Source of the DNA: an uncultured Actinomycetes bacterium
GTDB lineage: Bacteria; Actinomycetota; Acidimicrobiia; IMCC26256; PALSA-610
Length of the DNA stretch: 64,000 nt
NCBI GenBank assembly: GCA_963812205.1
Contig: CAWEUJ010000004.1
Span: 1,514,607-1,578,606, forward strand
Reading direction: 5' to 3'
This document shows positions 28,109 to 36,993 of this stretch, in pieces. A program made the position numbers and the translations under genes. How positions within the stretch are numbered: position 1 is the stretch's first letter; each line of letters begins with the position of its first letter. Under the pieces are notes generated by a model. It saw only the letters and a list, made by a program, of their open reading frames with translations. It was not told the origin of the DNA and made no database searches.

Positions 28109-28162
28109 CTACCGCGCTCGGCAGTATCCGTTCTCCCTCTGATCCCGATCGAACAGCCGGAG

Positions 28163-28423
28163 TCAAGGGTCGCGCCGGCAGCGGAGTAGTCGCAGTCCGA
28201 GTAGGCCGAGCGCCAGTCCAGATCCGACAAGGATGACAAGCAGGGCGATCGACGAGGCGTTCGTTAGGAAGCCGGTGATGTCGGTCAGGGCGAGAAGAAC
28301 GATGATGGCCCCGGCGAAGCACAAGTAGATGCCTGCCGCGACAAGGATGACGCCGATAGCCGTCAGCCATCGACGCCTGGAGCGCGGGGCCTCTCGTGCG
28401 ACGCCCTCCGGCTTGGTCGCCAT
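28163..28423 (-). CDS. Small membrane protein (two TM segments)
   Basis: WLTAIGVILVAAGIYLCFAGAIIVLLAL and ALLVILVGSGLALGLLGL. The start is uncertain (28423 or 28486). Confidence 0.4.
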   Translation of the reverse strand: MATKPEGVAREAPRSRRRWLTAIGVILVAAGIYLCFAGAIIVLLALTDITGFLTNASSIALLVILVGSGLALGLLGLRLLRCRRDP

Positions 28424-28580
28424 GTCCCATTGATGCTCCAGCGGCCCGCCCGTCGCCAGGGCCATTGGAACTCTTCGCGCTGGCACGCTGGGCCGGACTC
28501 AGGACGAGGCTGCGCGGCGGTGCTGTTCCGGACCTCCGGCCCTGGCGCTCGCACGCGGGCACGATGAAAGCTGGCTGCGT

Positions 28581-28889
28581 ATGCGGATCCCCCTCAACCC
28601 GTTCTGGATCTTCGTCGTTCTCGCAGTTGTCGTGCTCGTCGCGACCGTGCTGATCTCGTACCGGCGCAGCGAGAAGCAGGCACTGACCGGCAAGAGCGAA
28701 CCGGGAGTGACCATCCCCACGGATGCCCTGCCGATGAGTGTTGTAGTGATCGCACTTGCGGTCATCCTCGTGCCGTTCGGCATCGCCGCGGCCGCGTTAG
28801 GAGGCCCGGAGGTCGGCATCGTCGCTTATGGCGTACTCCTCGCCGGAGCGTTGATCGGACGAGCCCTGTGGAGACGATCGCGCGGCTAG
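28581..28889 (+). CDS. Small membrane protein (three TM segments)
   Basis: FWIFVVLAVVVLVATVLI, VVVIALAVILVPFGIAAAAL and IVAYGVLLAGALIG. Confidence 0.45.
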   Translation: MRIPLNPFWIFVVLAVVVLVATVLISYRRSEKQALTGKSEPGVTIPTDALPMSVVVIALAVILVPFGIAAAALGGPEVGIVAYGVLLAGALIGRALWRRSRG

Positions 28890-29088
28890 CCCGCCGCGAT
28901 GTTCTCGACGACACCCACACGCCATCGTCAGTGCCGACCAAATTCTGCCGACGGCGCCAGTGCGACCCTGACAGAACATGTCCGATCGCGTCGGACGCTT
29001 CTTCTCGCGCCGAAGGGACTTCGTGCTCTGGCCGGACACGACCTGCGGCGCGGATGCTGGGGTACACGCGCGAGCAATCGAGGTCGTC

Positions 29089-29955
29089 ATGGGCATCGGT
29101 ACGCCGCAGCTCGAGAAGGCTATGGAACTACCGCCGAGACGCAGGCGCTGGATATGGATTGCCGTCGGCGTTGTCGTCAGTCTCTTTGCGCTCTTCTGGG
29201 TCGTCGTCGGCCTCGGCATGGTGATCTACCACTCGCAAGAGAGCCGACCGATCCCCAGCTTCCCGTCGCTCGCGGATCATCCCGACCCATCGCTGTCGGG
29301 CACTGTTGCGTATTACGACTCGCAGTCGGGCTGCATCCGCATCGTCGCCGCCGCGGGCCAGCCGTCGAAGCAGGTGTGGTGCCTGCCCAAGGAGGGCCCG
29401 TCCACCTGGCTCGACGTCGGGAAGCCCGCGGGACCGCAGATCGTCTGGCGTAAGGACGGGCGGCTCGAGGTCACGATGTTCCGCTGGACGCCGACCGCGG
29501 ACAAGACGAGTGCACCGGCGTTGGGGCCGGGCTGGCAGAAGATCATCGACGTTCCCACCGGCGCGGTCGAGAACGTCCCGACCGCCCGGGTGCCTTCTTC
29601 GCCGAACGTCACGACGGAACCAACGACCAGTCCGAGCGGTGCGCGGATCACGTGGACGTCGGATCCGCCGACGGGCAAAGCGAACGTGTTCGTCACCGAC
29701 GCCTCCGGCTCGAAGCGAACGCTGCTGTCTGTGCACGGGCCCGGCGAGTACGCGTACCAGTTCGGGCCGGTGTTCTGGGCGCCCGACTACAAGTGGATCG
29801 CGGCCGCCGACGACGGACGCATCCTCGTCATCACTCCTACGGACCCCGCCGTGATCCGCGTCCTGCGTACCGGGACCGGCGGAGGCGCGGGCGGCGGCAC
29901 CGCGGGACCGGCGTTCGCGATCACCACCGAGAACATTCTCACGTCATCGAAGTGA
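29089..29955 (+). CDS. Membrane-anchored hypothetical protein, beta-propeller-like ectodomain
   Basis: N-terminal RRRRWIWIAVGVVVSLFALFWVVVGLGMVI anchor, and TolB-like strings (VAYYDSQSG.., ARITWTSD.., NVFVTDASGSKRTLL, WAPDYKWIAAADDGRILVI). Start is 29089 or 29122. Confidence 0.45.
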   Translation: MGIGTPQLEKAMELPPRRRRWIWIAVGVVVSLFALFWVVVGLGMVIYHSQESRPIPSFPSLADHPDPSLSGTVAYYDSQSGCIRIVAAAGQPSKQVWCLPKEGPSTWLDVGKPAGPQIVWRKDGRLEVTMFRWTPTADKTSAPALGPGWQKIIDVPTGAVENVPTARVPSSPNVTTEPTTSPSGARITWTSDPPTGKANVFVTDASGSKRTLLSVHGPGEYAYQFGPVFWAPDYKWIAAADDGRILVITPTDPAVIRVLRTGTGGGAGGGTAGPAFAITTENILTSSK

Positions 29956-31092
29956 TTCGGAGCGCGGGGAACTCTCAGGCTTGGTCGTCAGCTCCACCGG
30001 GACGTATTCGGGGTCGTCCTCGTCTCGTATGCTGAACCGCCATTTGCAGCACACGTCGTCCGGGTCCTTGCGGGGAGGGATGGCGAGGATGTCGACCAAC
30101 ATGTTCGGGTTGTACATCTTGGTCGTGACGATCATCGACTTCGGACAGGTCGAGTGGCAGTTCTTCTCCAAGATGTCCGGCCGGCCCATTGCCTCCCATT
30201 GGTCGACTGCGACGCAGCGGTTGAAGGTCATGATGCCGACGTCGGGTTCGGGCATTTCGAAGGAGAGGTCGAACGCCTTGCCGGGCATCGAGGTGGCGTC
30301 CGTTTGCAGGTCCTTCATCCAGTCGGCGACGGTGTTCCCGGTGATCCCGAGGTACTCCGCTTTGAGTTGCTTCACTCCGGGCAGGACCGTGTTGCCCCAC
30401 AGCGTGTACTGGATGTCGAACATCACGTCGAGCCCGTAGCGAACCGTGATCTGCGCGGCCCACGCCTCGATGCACTGCAGCAGATACTCGTGACTCCCGA
30501 GCAACCAGGTGACCAGCTGCGCCTTGGAGAGGTCGACCATGTTCGGACCCGGCGTGAACAGACCGGTGTAGACGACCCGGGTACCGACGCGGTCGTCTGG
30601 GTGGACGTGCCGGTTCGGATCGTCGTAGACGGTGCCGGCGGGTAGGAACTCGTTCCTCATGCGCTCGAGCTCAGGGACGACCTGGTCGTTCCACGCGGTC
30701 CACTCGATCTCGGACATCGTCTCGGTGCCGTACCGTTCCGCGACCTCGGCGGCCCACCCGTCCACCACGAGCTGCAAGTACCGCTCGCTCCACGGCACGA
30801 ACTTCGTAGCCAACGCCTCCTTCGAGAAGTCGGTGAACCGCAAGTCGGCCCGGTAGGTACCGCTGTAGTCGGAAAGCTCGGCACCGGAATCGACATCGAC
30901 CTGAGAGCGGATGTCGAGGTCGGCCTTGGGATAGGTCACGCCATCGTCGACCCGGGGGAACTTGGGAAAGTTGACGAGGTCGACGCCGAGCATGAGGACG
31001 AAGTCATCGGCGATGACACCTTCCTCGAGGTGAGCTCCGGGCTTGCGGATCTCAAGGAATTCCTGGAGGTTCTCGTCGAGCTGCTCGGACAT
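29944..31092 (-). CDS. Hypothetical protein (382 aa), Cys-rich C-terminal region
   Basis: Clean coding composition. GAGGGGA lies 6-7 nt upstream of the ATG at 31092. C-terminal FNRCVAVDQWE..NCHSTCPKS..DDVCCKW. No family recognised with confidence. Confidence 0.55.
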   Translation of the reverse strand: MSEQLDENLQEFLEIRKPGAHLEEGVIADDFVLMLGVDLVNFPKFPRVDDGVTYPKADLDIRSQVDVDSGAELSDYSGTYRADLRFTDFSKEALATKFVPWSERYLQLVVDGWAAEVAERYGTETMSEIEWTAWNDQVVPELERMRNEFLPAGTVYDDPNRHVHPDDRVGTRVVYTGLFTPGPNMVDLSKAQLVTWLLGSHEYLLQCIEAWAAQITVRYGLDVMFDIQYTLWGNTVLPGVKQLKAEYLGITGNTVADWMKDLQTDATSMPGKAFDLSFEMPEPDVGIMTFNRCVAVDQWEAMGRPDILEKNCHSTCPKSMIVTTKMYNPNMLVDILAIPPRKDPDDVCCKWRFSIRDEDDPEYVPVELTTKPESSPRSESLR

Positions 31093-31158
31093 GTCGTTCC
31101 CCTCGCTCCTGGATCGCGGGTCTGGCGGGCCCGAATTGCGAACAGCCAGCTTCGGCGA

Positions 31159-31200
31159 GGGTAGCCGATCGGCCAGGAAATACAAGCCGATCGGCTACCC
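31159..31200. promoter_or_regulatory. Perfect 15-bp inverted repeat GGGTAGCCGATCGGC-N12-GCCGATCGGCTACCC (TetR operator candidate)
   Basis: Direct reading. It lies between the divergent genes 29944..31092 (-) and the TetR gene at 31209 (+). Confidence 0.6.
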
Positions 31201-31208
31201 TCCTTCTC

Positions 31209-31847
31209 GTGAGCTTCGCCGACACTGCGACCATCACAACATCGCCGTCGGTACCGCGCACTGCAGCCCAGACACGCATCATCACTGCCGCGCTCGACTT
31301 GTTCGCCGCGCACGGGGTCAACGGGACCTCGCTCCAGATGATTGCCGACGCCATCGGCGTCACGAAGGCGGCGATCTACCACCAGTTCAAGACCAAAGAA
31401 GAGATCGTGATCGCTGCCGTCGAAGTCGACCTCGCGAAGCTCGAACGGGCACTGGACATCGCCGACGCCGCCGGACGCGTCCCGCGCGCACGCCAGCTCG
31501 TGCTCGCGCAAGTGATCGACCTCGCCGTCGAGCGCCGCCGCATGGTGAGCACGGTCCAACACGATCCCGTCATCGTCCGATGTCTCACGAACCACGAACC
31601 GTTCCGGCAGCTCATGAGTCGTCTCTACACCGTGCTGACCGACGGTGACACGAGCGTCGCGGCCAGGGTGCGGGCCGCGATGGTCTCGACCGCTATCGGC
31701 GGCGCCGCGATGCACCCCCTCGTCGCCGATCTCGACGACGAAACGCTCCGGTCCGAGCTCCTGGAGATCGCGAACCAACTCCTCGATCTCCCGCATGAAC
31801 TCCGGGACGATCCCTCTCGTCCGACCGTCGCAGCTCAGACGAGATGA
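31209..31847 (+). CDS. TetR/AcrR-family transcriptional regulator
   Basis: RIITAALDLFAAHGVNGTSLQMIADAIGVTKAAIYHQFKTKEEI HTH signature. Confidence 0.85.
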   Translation: MSFADTATITTSPSVPRTAAQTRIITAALDLFAAHGVNGTSLQMIADAIGVTKAAIYHQFKTKEEIVIAAVEVDLAKLERALDIADAAGRVPRARQLVLAQVIDLAVERRRMVSTVQHDPVIVRCLTNHEPFRQLMSRLYTVLTDGDTSVAARVRAAMVSTAIGGAAMHPLVADLDDETLRSELLEIANQLLDLPHELRDDPSRPTVAAQTR

Positions 31848-32200
31848 TCGACTCGATCTCGGTCGCGGCTCGGATGACGAGCCCCAATCCGGGCGTTCGC
31901 TGACGCTACGTGCACGTGTGCGAGGCCGTCGTTCGGCAGCTGCGTACGAGCTCGTCGACCACGAACGCCGACGCGGCGAACTCGTCGATCGTCGCCTGGA
32001 GCGCCGCGCCGGTCGAGTGCGAGTGCGCGGTGCCGAGCGGCGGCCGGCGGCAACAGCGGCCGGAACCCATGAAACGGCGGGCCGTCGAGTGTGCAGTTCC
32101 GCAAGGCATCGCGAAGACGCGACTGGCATGCGCCACGCGTCCCCGTGCTCACCGGCGCCGACCACCCGGCACGGGGTGACCGCTCTCTCGGCGAACGGCG

Positions 32201-33313
32201 TTATCTCGCTGCGGGCGCCGGCCTCCGGTCGGCGCTTCGGGGCCGGACATTCACGCGCAGTGAACCGAGGCGACGAAGGGATGAGCGTACGAAGGCCCAC
32301 GCGCGCGGTCGGCGGAGAATCCACGATCGCGTTCCCCGGTAGGGAGCGTGCAGCGAGCGGTAGAGCAGTGCCGATCCCAAGTGCTCGTGCAGAAGGCCCG
32401 TCGCGACGTCGAGATCCGCGTTCTTCAGCTCTTGTTTGTACGGCTCGTCGCCGCGCGCGAGGTCGACGTACGAGAAGTGTTCGTCACACGCACGTTGGAT
32501 CATTCGCAGCCTCCGGATGGCGCCCGGCGAATAGCTCGCGAATTCGTTGTCATAGGAGCTGAACCAGGCGGCGAACACGTCGCGGTACACGAGGCTCATG
32601 TCGGCGGCGACGAGGTCGTCGCCGGCTCGGAGCGTGGTCGACACCACTTTGAGATCGCCGTCGCTCCGCTCCACGAGGACGTCGAGCGCGTCGCGAATCC
32701 ACGGTCGAGCGAACGGGTCCGGCCATCCGCTGCGCCGGTATTGCAGGGACTTCCATGCGACCAGTTGAGCAAACTCCTCGGCGGAGGCCGCGCCCCAAGT
32801 GAACTGGAGCGGCCCGTGCTCGCGTTCGAGCCGGCGTGCCCGCCGCATCGCTTTGCGGACGTCGCTGTGACGGCGCGCCCGCTCGAAATACGTGTCCCAG
32901 CCGATCGATGTGTCGATAATCGGAGACCGGTGCAGCGAAAGACCGTCACCGGCCTCGGCTTGTGATCCGACGAGATCCGTGAACTCCACTGCATGGACAC
33001 CCGTCGCCCGCATGAGTTCCGTCCAAGACCATCCCGCGGCGTCCGTATGCACGAATCCCTGCCGATAGTTGAGTCGTCCGCCAATAGGTCGGGCGACTCC
33101 CAACACGTTGCTGTTGTACGCCAGGAAGCCGACGCGGTCGCCGGCGTCGTGGATGACTGCGACGCGAGCGTGCTTCGACGACTCGCCGATCGCTCGTGCG
33201 AACTCCGCGGTCAAGAATGGGTGTCGCAGCTCGGGCATGGCACTCTGCATGCGCCGCCAGTGCTCGAGATCAGGTTCGCCGAGTTCGCCGGGATGGCAAA
33301 CGGTCGCCTTCAC
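32201..33313 (-). CDS. GNAT-superfamily acetyltransferase, CelD/BioF2-like (FemAB-type fold)
   Basis: ..HPFLTAEFARA.., ..AADMSLVYRDVFAAWFSSYDNEFASYSPGAIRRLRMIQRACDEHFSYVDLARGDEPYKQELK. GTGA overlap with the archease-like gene. Confidence 0.6.
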   Translation of the reverse strand: MKATVCHPGELGEPDLEHWRRMQSAMPELRHPFLTAEFARAIGESSKHARVAVIHDAGDRVGFLAYNSNVLGVARPIGGRLNYRQGFVHTDAAGWSWTELMRATGVHAVEFTDLVGSQAEAGDGLSLHRSPIIDTSIGWDTYFERARRHSDVRKAMRRARRLEREHGPLQFTWGAASAEEFAQLVAWKSLQYRRSGWPDPFARPWIRDALDVLVERSDGDLKVVSTTLRAGDDLVAADMSLVYRDVFAAWFSSYDNEFASYSPGAIRRLRMIQRACDEHFSYVDLARGDEPYKQELKNADLDVATGLLHEHLGSALLYRSLHAPYRGTRSWILRRPRAWAFVRSSLRRLGSLRVNVRPRSADRRPAPAAR

Positions 33314-33744
33314 GAGTCGATGACCACGCGGGCACGCCATCCCGTACCGTCGGGTGCGAACTTCGCGTTGCTCCGAACGGATCCCTGCTGCACCGAGATC
33401 GGCTCGATGAGATCGGCGATGGGCACGAGGAAATACGCGCCGCCGAGGTTGCCCTTGCCGTCCTCGTGGAGCGACACGTCGGCGACCAGCAGGCCGGCGG
33501 AATCGAGCAGGAAGTAGAGATCGTCCAAGATCGCGAGCATGAGCTCGGTGTCGGTGGTGGCATCGACCCGAAACGGCATGGTGCGAGTCGGGGACGCATC
33601 TCGGATCTCGCCGAAGGTCTCGACGACGCCGCGGACGAGCTCTTCGAGGCAGCCGGAACGACTCGGCGCCCATGCACCGATCGTGACGTCGCGCGCGTGC
33701 GTCACGACCTGGTGTCCTACCTCGGTTCGGACCGGGTTACTCAT
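33310..33744 (-). CDS. Archease-like protein
   Basis: 144 aa. N-terminal ..VVTHARDVTIGAWAPSRSGCLEELVRGVVETF, then ..LMLAILDDLYFLLDSAGLLVADVSL.., and a C-terminal ..GWRARVVIDS. This matches the archease layout, with H-x-R-D in place of H-T-A-D. Confidence 0.45.
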   Translation of the reverse strand: MSNPVRTEVGHQVVTHARDVTIGAWAPSRSGCLEELVRGVVETFGEIRDASPTRTMPFRVDATTDTELMLAILDDLYFLLDSAGLLVADVSLHEDGKGNLGGAYFLVPIADLIEPISVQQGSVRSNAKFAPDGTGWRARVVIDS

Positions 33745-35941
33745 GAGGTTGCGATGATGTGGCGGACCGGGTGGAGCCGCTACCAAGGCTTCCCGACTCG
33801 GACGAGTGGCGGCTCTGCAAATAGCGCCAAGGGCCGAGGAAGAGGCCGGCGCGCTCGCGCCAGACGAGCTCGCGTGGGAAGTCGGTCGGTCGCCGCTTGT
33901 TCTTTGCCGAATCAGCGGCGAAGTAGTGCCGTGCTGCCGGGCGCATCAGCGACGTCGCCCCCAGAGCCCGCCGCGGGTGCGTCTTCAGTACGTGAGCGGC
34001 ATACGCGCCCATGCCGACGCCGTAGCCGAATGCCTGGTGTCGCAGTGACGCGTAGTCGGGGCGATGCGTGTGAAAGACGATTGCCGACGGCTCGTAGACG
34101 AGGGCGTAGCCGGCCGTGATCACGTCGAAGAACGTCGCGAGATCGTCGCCGCCGCGGGCCGGTGTTCCCGTGCCGAGCGCGGGATCGAAGCCGTCGATCG
34201 CGTAGAGCACGTCGGTCCGAAGCGCCATGTTCGCGCCGGAACCGAACGCGCCGGCCGTGAACGGGAACAGCGGATCGTCGGGCGGACCGGCGCCGTCCTC
34301 GTACCGGCGGCGAACGAGTCCCTTCCCGAACCCGGCCCAGCTCTCGAACCAGGCCTGGCTCGCCGTCTCGAGCTCCGCGGGCATGATCATTCCCGTAACA
34401 CATCCGACCGTCGGATCGTCACAGAACACGGCGGTGATCGCTCCGAGCCAATCGCGGTCGACAACGACGTCGTCGTCGGTGAACGCGACGATGGTTCCGG
34501 TCGCGTGGCGGAGGCCACGATTATGGGCACGCGCAAGGCCCGGCGTGTCTTCGCGCACGTAGCGAACCGGGCGGCTCGACTGCGCGAATCGCGTCACGAG
34601 CGCGGCCGCCTCCGACGAGGTTGGACAGTTGTCGACGACGATGATCTCGAACGACGGGTAGTCGAGTCGCGCGAGTGATTCGAGACAGCGAAACAGCGCG
34701 TCCGGTCGGTCGTGGGTCGCGACGATGACGCTGACGAAGGGCAAAGTCGTGCTGTACGGAGCCGGGTCGACGAGCGAGGTCGACGGCGGTTCGGCCGGCG
34801 CGTCGCCCGCGAACGCGACGAGCTCCTTCACGCGGGCGCGAGGGAGTCCACCGTCGGGCACCTCGCACTCGACAACGCCCAACGGTCGGCCGCGCCGGCG
34901 CGCGAGCGCGAGCGCCCGCCGGTACGGTTGCCCGCTGCGGTCGAGCCCCGGCTTGATGTCGACCGGATGGTCGACATCGATCTCGGTGACGAAGACCGGA
35001 TCGAAGCTCGCCCGCGTCGTGAGCCTGGCCCGTACATACCCCGTGGTGGTGAAGACGACCGCCTCGAAGATGGTGCGGATCCGCGCGAACGCCCCGCGTC
35101 GCCGGAGGAAGAAGGCGTCGGTGAGCTCGCGTCCGACAGCACGGGGCAAGGTGTGGGCGACGTACGACCGCTCGCTGGCGAGGCCGCGCTGACGGCCGAC
35201 GATCCGTGCGATCGTCGCCTTCGAACGACCTTCCGCAAGACACCGCGCGCGCAGATACTCACGAGTCGCCCGCATGTCGGGCACGAAGTGATGCACGGTC
35301 GCGTCGGGCTCGTAGAACATCTCGCCGCCCACCTCGCGGGTAGCGCGTATGCAGAGCTCGGTCTCCTCGCAACCGGCCGGTTCCGCCTCGGTGCGTCCGA
35401 GGTCGGAACGGAAGCCCGCGATCGCGTCGAACACGGACCGGCGAAACGACATGTTGGCCCCGATGAAGTTCCGCACAGGTCCGCGCGAGGCCCGGTGGCC
35501 GGCATACGTGCAGCCGACGACCCAATCGAGCTCGCGGGGCAGCCAGCGCGGGCGTTCACTCTCGAATCGGGGGACGACCCGACCGCCCACGCCGAGCACC
35601 TCGACGTCGAGATAGGGCTGCATCAGGTGGTGCGACCAGCTCGGAGCGGCCTCGACGTCGTCGTCGAGAAAGGCCACGATGTCACCGGTCGTGGCATGCA
35701 CGCCCGCGTTCCGCGCGTGGGACAAGCCTCGCCGACCGTCGTTCACCACAACGGTCGCGTCGACCACGCTCCCGCGTAGGCGTTCGTAGAGCAGGTCGTT
35801 GTGATCGACGACCAAGATCAACTCGTCGATCGGCCGTACTTGATTCCGAAGCGACGCGATCGCGCTCTGCAGTAGCTCCCAGCGCGCCAAGCTGTAGCAG
35901 CAGACAACCACCGAAAGCGTCTGACGCGAAGGGTGACTCAT
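33737..35941 (-). CDS. Two-domain glycosyltransferase (GT2 + GT2 fusion)
   Basis: Domain 1: LSVVVCCYSLARWE..VVDHND..FLDDDVEA. Domain 2: VSVIVATHDRPD..IIVVDNCP..AFTDDDVVVD. ATGA overlap with the upstream GT2 gene. Confidence 0.8.
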   Translation of the reverse strand: MSHPSRQTLSVVVCCYSLARWELLQSAIASLRNQVRPIDELILVVDHNDLLYERLRGSVVDATVVVNDGRRGLSHARNAGVHATTGDIVAFLDDDVEAAPSWSHHLMQPYLDVEVLGVGGRVVPRFESERPRWLPRELDWVVGCTYAGHRASRGPVRNFIGANMSFRRSVFDAIAGFRSDLGRTEAEPAGCEETELCIRATREVGGEMFYEPDATVHHFVPDMRATREYLRARCLAEGRSKATIARIVGRQRGLASERSYVAHTLPRAVGRELTDAFFLRRRGAFARIRTIFEAVVFTTTGYVRARLTTRASFDPVFVTEIDVDHPVDIKPGLDRSGQPYRRALALARRRGRPLGVVECEVPDGGLPRARVKELVAFAGDAPAEPPSTSLVDPAPYSTTLPFVSVIVATHDRPDALFRCLESLARLDYPSFEIIVVDNCPTSSEAAALVTRFAQSSRPVRYVREDTPGLARAHNRGLRHATGTIVAFTDDDVVVDRDWLGAITAVFCDDPTVGCVTGMIMPAELETASQAWFESWAGFGKGLVRRRYEDGAGPPDDPLFPFTAGAFGSGANMALRTDVLYAIDGFDPALGTGTPARGGDDLATFFDVITAGYALVYEPSAIVFHTHRPDYASLRHQAFGYGVGMGAYAAHVLKTHPRRALGATSLMRPAARHYFAADSAKNKRRPTDFPRELVWRERAGLFLGPWRYLQSRHSSESGSLGSGSTRSATSSQPHE

Positions 35942-36873
35942 TGCGCGGCTCGTTCGTCTTTGTTGTCGTCGCTCCCCACGGCATACAGATCCGGGGCCCC
36001 GGCCGCCGGAGGTGTCTTCTCGCGCCGGGAGACGGGTGCAGGGGGCTCGTACGAAGCAGCACGATTGCGGCGCCACTCGCCGACGATCGCCTTGAGTACG
36101 CGCATGCCGTCCGGGAAAGTCTGGAGGTTGCTCGAGCCCCAGATGCGGGGCGATTCGAAGCTGGGTACCTCGGCGATGCGAAGTCCGGCACGTACTGCTC
36201 GGATGTGAATCATGGTCTCGACCTCGAAGCCGGTGAAGGGGCCGTCGAGGCTCGGGAGCACGTCGCGCCAGAACGCGAAGTACCCGTAGCACAGGTCGGA
36301 GAAGTTGCTTCCGAATGCGAGCCGGACCAGCTTGGCAAGGGCCCAGTTGCCCGCCCGGCGATGAGCTTCCATGTCGGTGGTCCCGCCGCCCATGGCGAAG
36401 CGGGTTCCCAAGACCACATCCGCTCCGGATGTGAGCAGGCCGACATAGCCCGCGATCTCGGCCGGGTCGGTCGACCCGTCGGCGTCGAGCGCAACGATGA
36501 CATCACCGCGCGCTTCTTGGAAACCGATGCGCAATGCAGCGCCTTTGCCGCGTGCCGGCGTGAGCACGACTCGCACGTTGGGACCGTGTTCCCTCGCGAC
36601 CTTCACCGTGTCGTCGACCGATAACCCGTCGACAATGAGCACCTCGAGCGCCCAATCGGGGATTCGCGGCAATACCTGCATCAGATTCCGCGCCTCGTTC
36701 AGCGTCGGTATGACGACGCTCACGCTCGGAGTGCCCGGCCGCGGATGGTCGATCCGGTCGTATGACCTTCGGCCCCGGTGCGACCAACGCCTGTACCAGC
36801 GCCGGTCGTAGGTGCCGTGATCCGTCACTGTCGACTCGCCTGTTCGAGGCATACCCCTCCTCGGGCGGCACAC
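35938..36873 (-). CDS. GT2 glycosyltransferase, polyprenyl-phosphate sugar synthase-like
   Basis: VSVVIPTLNEARNL..LIVDGLSVDDT..GKGAALRIGF..VALDADGSTDP. Confidence 0.8.
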   Translation of the reverse strand: MCRPRRGMPRTGESTVTDHGTYDRRWYRRWSHRGRRSYDRIDHPRPGTPSVSVVIPTLNEARNLMQVLPRIPDWALEVLIVDGLSVDDTVKVAREHGPNVRVVLTPARGKGAALRIGFQEARGDVIVALDADGSTDPAEIAGYVGLLTSGADVVLGTRFAMGGGTTDMEAHRRAGNWALAKLVRLAFGSNFSDLCYGYFAFWRDVLPSLDGPFTGFEVETMIHIRAVRAGLRIAEVPSFESPRIWGSSNLQTFPDGMRVLKAIVGEWRRNRAASYEPPAPVSRREKTPPAAGAPDLYAVGSDDNKDERAAQ

Positions 36874-36993
36874 GTCGCCGTCTGCACCGCTTCAGAAAGT
36901 GAACGTACGTTCCAGCCGTCACCGCAGCGTCACCATGTCGATACGTACGATGCGTCGTACTATCGCCCTGTGAAATCCCTTCGGGACGAGTGA

